A stretch of 62,347 bases of DNA, the filler included, from Chiloscyllium plagiosum (lineage: Eukaryota): NCBI RefSeq assembly GCF_004010195.1. It is 4 parts of one record of this genome, joined end to end, with 100 filler letters (N's around TTAATTAATTAA, not from the genome) between each part and the next. Parts side by side here need not be neighbours in the genome. Positions count along the whole stretch, not along the records: positions 52,787 to 62,347 come from NC_057717.1; 3 more parts are not named here. One strand, written 5' to 3'. Shown in pieces: positions 59,530 through 62,347 of the stretch. The notes below the pieces were generated by a model. That model did no database searches and was not told the origin of the DNA. It worked only from the letters and a program-made list of their open reading frames with translations. The position numbers were made by a program, and so were the translations under genes. Position 1 is the first letter of the stretch; every line of letters starts with the position of its first letter.

Positions 59530-60910
59530 TCAACCGTCACATTCCGTGTCTGTCTCATGCTATCAGATCAATTTTATATCCAACTGGAAAGCTCACCCTG
59601 ATTCACATGTGACATAATTGGAAGCGTAAATCTACGATGTGGAACCTTGTTAAAGGAATTACCAATGTCCAAGTGAAAAATCTATTATGGCTCTGCCCTC
59701 ATAAATCTTCTCAGTTATTTTCTCTTAAATACAATCATGTTTGTGAGACTCAATTTCCCTCACCCAAAACCATGCTGAACATATTTTTTTTAAACTCAGA
59801 ATGTGAAAACGTCCTGTCTTTTAGAATCACTTTCGATAACTTACCCACCACCAAAGCTAGACTCACAGTCCTGTAGTTCACGGGTTTCTATGTGCAACCT
59901 TTCTTAAATAAATGCACAACATTGGGTAATCCTCGGGTATTTGGCACTTCACCTGTGGTTATAGATGATAAATTATTTCTGAAAAGGGCCCCATATTTTG
60001 CTCACAGCCTCCCACGAAGTCCTGGGATACACTAAGTCTGATTCCAGACAAATATCCAAACGTTTATTTTCAAATAAATCCAACTTTTCCTCTTTAAAAT
60101 TGTGAGCTAAAACATCAATGTGAGTTCTCAAACATCGAAAGTAAAAACTGCCAGACAGTCATTTTGTATCTCATTCATCTACTGCGATTCGACACAAATG
60201 TAAGTATTTACACCATCAAAAGGCGCTAATTATTCTTTTGCTTGTAATGCCCTTGTAGAATCTCTTTTGATTATCGTGATTGGGCAAAATTATCTCACAT
60301 CACCTCTCAAATAATCTATATGTCAACATTAAGAGAAAACTGAACTAACTCTCACAAATGTTTCAGCATTTCCGATTTTGGAAGCCTTTTCCCTTTCAGA
60401 AAGTATGGCGTGTCTCTACTCTTCTGTCCAATACGTCTGACAACGCACTGTTTAATAGAGTATTCCACATGCCAAATCTTTATAAACTCTCCGCGATTGT
60501 CCAGGTCATTCTGCAGCCTTCCCCCTTCTAAATACGAATGATCCGTCCCCGTATTATTGTCTCATCTGAAAACGTAATAATAACGCCCTCCATTCCTTTA
60601 ACCAGATCATTCATGCATAAGTTGAACAGTTATTGTTTCAACACAAACAACTGATGAACTCCACGAGTCACCGCCTACCATCCTAAAAGAAACCCTTTAT
60701 CCCAACTCCATGTTTTCTGCCAGTCAGCCACTCCTCAGTCCATGCCAGTACCTTGCCACTAACACAATGTATTCTTATTTAACACCTTCCCAAAATGCAC
60801 ATTGTGAAATGCCTTTTGGAAATACAAACAACTTACATCCAGTGGCTCTGCTTTGTTTCACTTGCTCTTCGACTCCTCAAAGAATTCTCCCAGATTTTAT
60901 GAAGCACTGC
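59530..60910 (-). mobile_element. Degenerate CR1 RT fragments
   Basis: Antisense CR1 signatures: ggaaccttgttaaagg, cccaccaccaaagctagactcacagtcctgtag and aaatgccttttggaaatac. Confidence 0.65.
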
Positions 60911-61249
60911 CCTCTCTTCATTTACTCTGTGAACACATCCTTACAACGAAATGCCACGTTGAGTTTAACATGTGAATATGTTAATGGGATATTAGTTCCA
61001 GAGAACTTGAATAGCACTTCGCACAGACTAGACACTTGCAAGGTTTATCATCAATAGCAAAAGGATGTCGAGGTATTGGAGAGGGTTTGAAAAACATTTA
61101 CTAGGATGTTGTCTGGTTTGGAAGATATTAGACATAAGTAGAACCTGTTACAGGTTTACAAACTTATGAGAGGTATCGATAGAATGGACAGTTGGAGTCT
61201 CTTTTTTCCCCCAGAGTAGAAATATTAATTGCTAGGTGGCATAAGTTTT

Positions 61250-61335
61250 ATAGTTGGAAAGTGTGGTGCTGGGGAGAAAAAAAAGCAGGCCAGGCAGCAT
61301 CCGAGGAGCAGGAGAATCGAAGTTTCGGGCATAAG
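61250..61335 (-). mobile_element. PLE pLTR fragment
   Basis: gaaagtgtggtgctgg...caggcagcatccgaggagcaggagaatcgaagtttcgggc. Confidence 0.75.
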
Positions 61336-62347
61336 GCATGGGGGACTTTAACTTTCCTGATATTGATTGGGAAAGCTATAGCTCAAGTTCGTTAGATGGG
61401 TCAGTGTTTGTTCAATGTGTGCAGGAGAGTTTCCTGACACAATATGTAGACAGGCCAACAAGAGGTGAGGCCATACTGGATTTGGTTCTGGGTAACGAAC
61501 CAGGCCAGGTGTTAGAATTAGAGGTAGGTGAGCACTTTGGGGACAGTGACCACAATTCGGTGACTTTTACACTAGTGATGGAGAGGGATAAGTGTGCACT
61601 ACAGGGCAAGAGTTATAGCTGGGGCCAGGGAAATTATGATGCGGTGAGGCATGACTTAGGATGTGTGGCTTGGAAAAGTAGACTCCAAGGCAAGAGTGTA
61701 AATGATATGTGGAGCTTGTTCAAGGAGCAACTATTGAGTGTCCTTGATAATTATGTACCTGTCAGGCAGGGAGGAAAGGGTCATGCGAGGGAGCCGTGGT
61801 TTAATAAGGAATTGGAATCCCTTGTTAAATGAAAGAGGGCGGCCTATCTCAAGATGAGACATGAAGGTTCAATTGGGGCGATTGAGAGTTATAGGGTAGC
61901 CAGGAAGGACCTGAAGAGAGAGCTAAGAGCAGCAAGGAGGGGACATGAAAGGTCCTTAGTCGGTAGGATTAGGGAAAACCCTAAGGCTTTCTATAGGTAT
62001 GTTAGGAATAAAAGAATGACTAGGGTAGGAATAGGTCCAGTCAAGGATAGTAGGGGGAAGTTGCGTGTGGAGGCGGAAGAGATTGGGGAGACACTGAATG
62101 AATACTTTTCGACAGTATTCAATCAGGAACAGGACATTGTTGTCAATGTGAATACTGAGTCACAATTAAGTAGAATGAATGGCTTTGAGGTATGTAGAGA
62201 AGAGGTATTGGAAATCCTGGAAAAGGTGAAAATAGATAAGTCCCCTGGGCCTGATGGCATTTATCCTAGGATTCTCTGGGAAGCAAGGGAGGAGATTGCA
62301 GAGCCATTGGCCTTGATTTTTATGTCCTCTTGGTCTACAGGAGTAGT
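61336..62347 (+). mobile_element. Relatively young CR1 ORF2 (endonuclease C-terminus and linker), runs off the window
   Basis: MGDFNFPDIDW, QYVDRPTRGEAILDLVL, HFGDSDHN and KSPGPDGIYPRIL; in-frame stop at 61830-61832. Confidence 0.93.

Overview
This is eukaryotic, repeat-dominated genomic DNA, and I found no intact protein-coding gene. HE1-type tRNA-derived SINEs together with CR1 (HER1-like) LINEs point to a shark or other elasmobranch; this is an inference. Main contents: (1) many CR1 fragments, two of them retaining ORF1; (2) Penelope-like retroelements (PLEs), including a 2.7-kb fold-back insertion with a 12-bp TSD whose two arms carry complementary RT deletions, and several 140-240-bp hairpin mini-elements carrying hammerhead-ribozyme motifs; (3) a class I (gamma/epsilon-type, HERV-I/IP-like) endogenous retrovirus at 18862-23113 (-) with a 4-bp TSD, a tRNA-Pro PBS and no RT/RNase H (protease fused in frame to integrase), partly present again inside an inverted segmental duplication (16165-21019 vs 52787-59026); (4) 32-bp, 45-bp and ~62-bp tandem arrays, and a direct duplication (1-1930 vs 30967-32890); (5) decayed host sequences: a C2H2 zinc-finger pseudogene, tRNA-Arg(TCT) and tRNA-Glu pseudogenes, and tentative Ig-superfamily and death-domain exon relics. 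Eight assembly gaps limit structural conclusions. All assignments were made by eye without database searches, and the boundaries of degenerate repeats are approximate.
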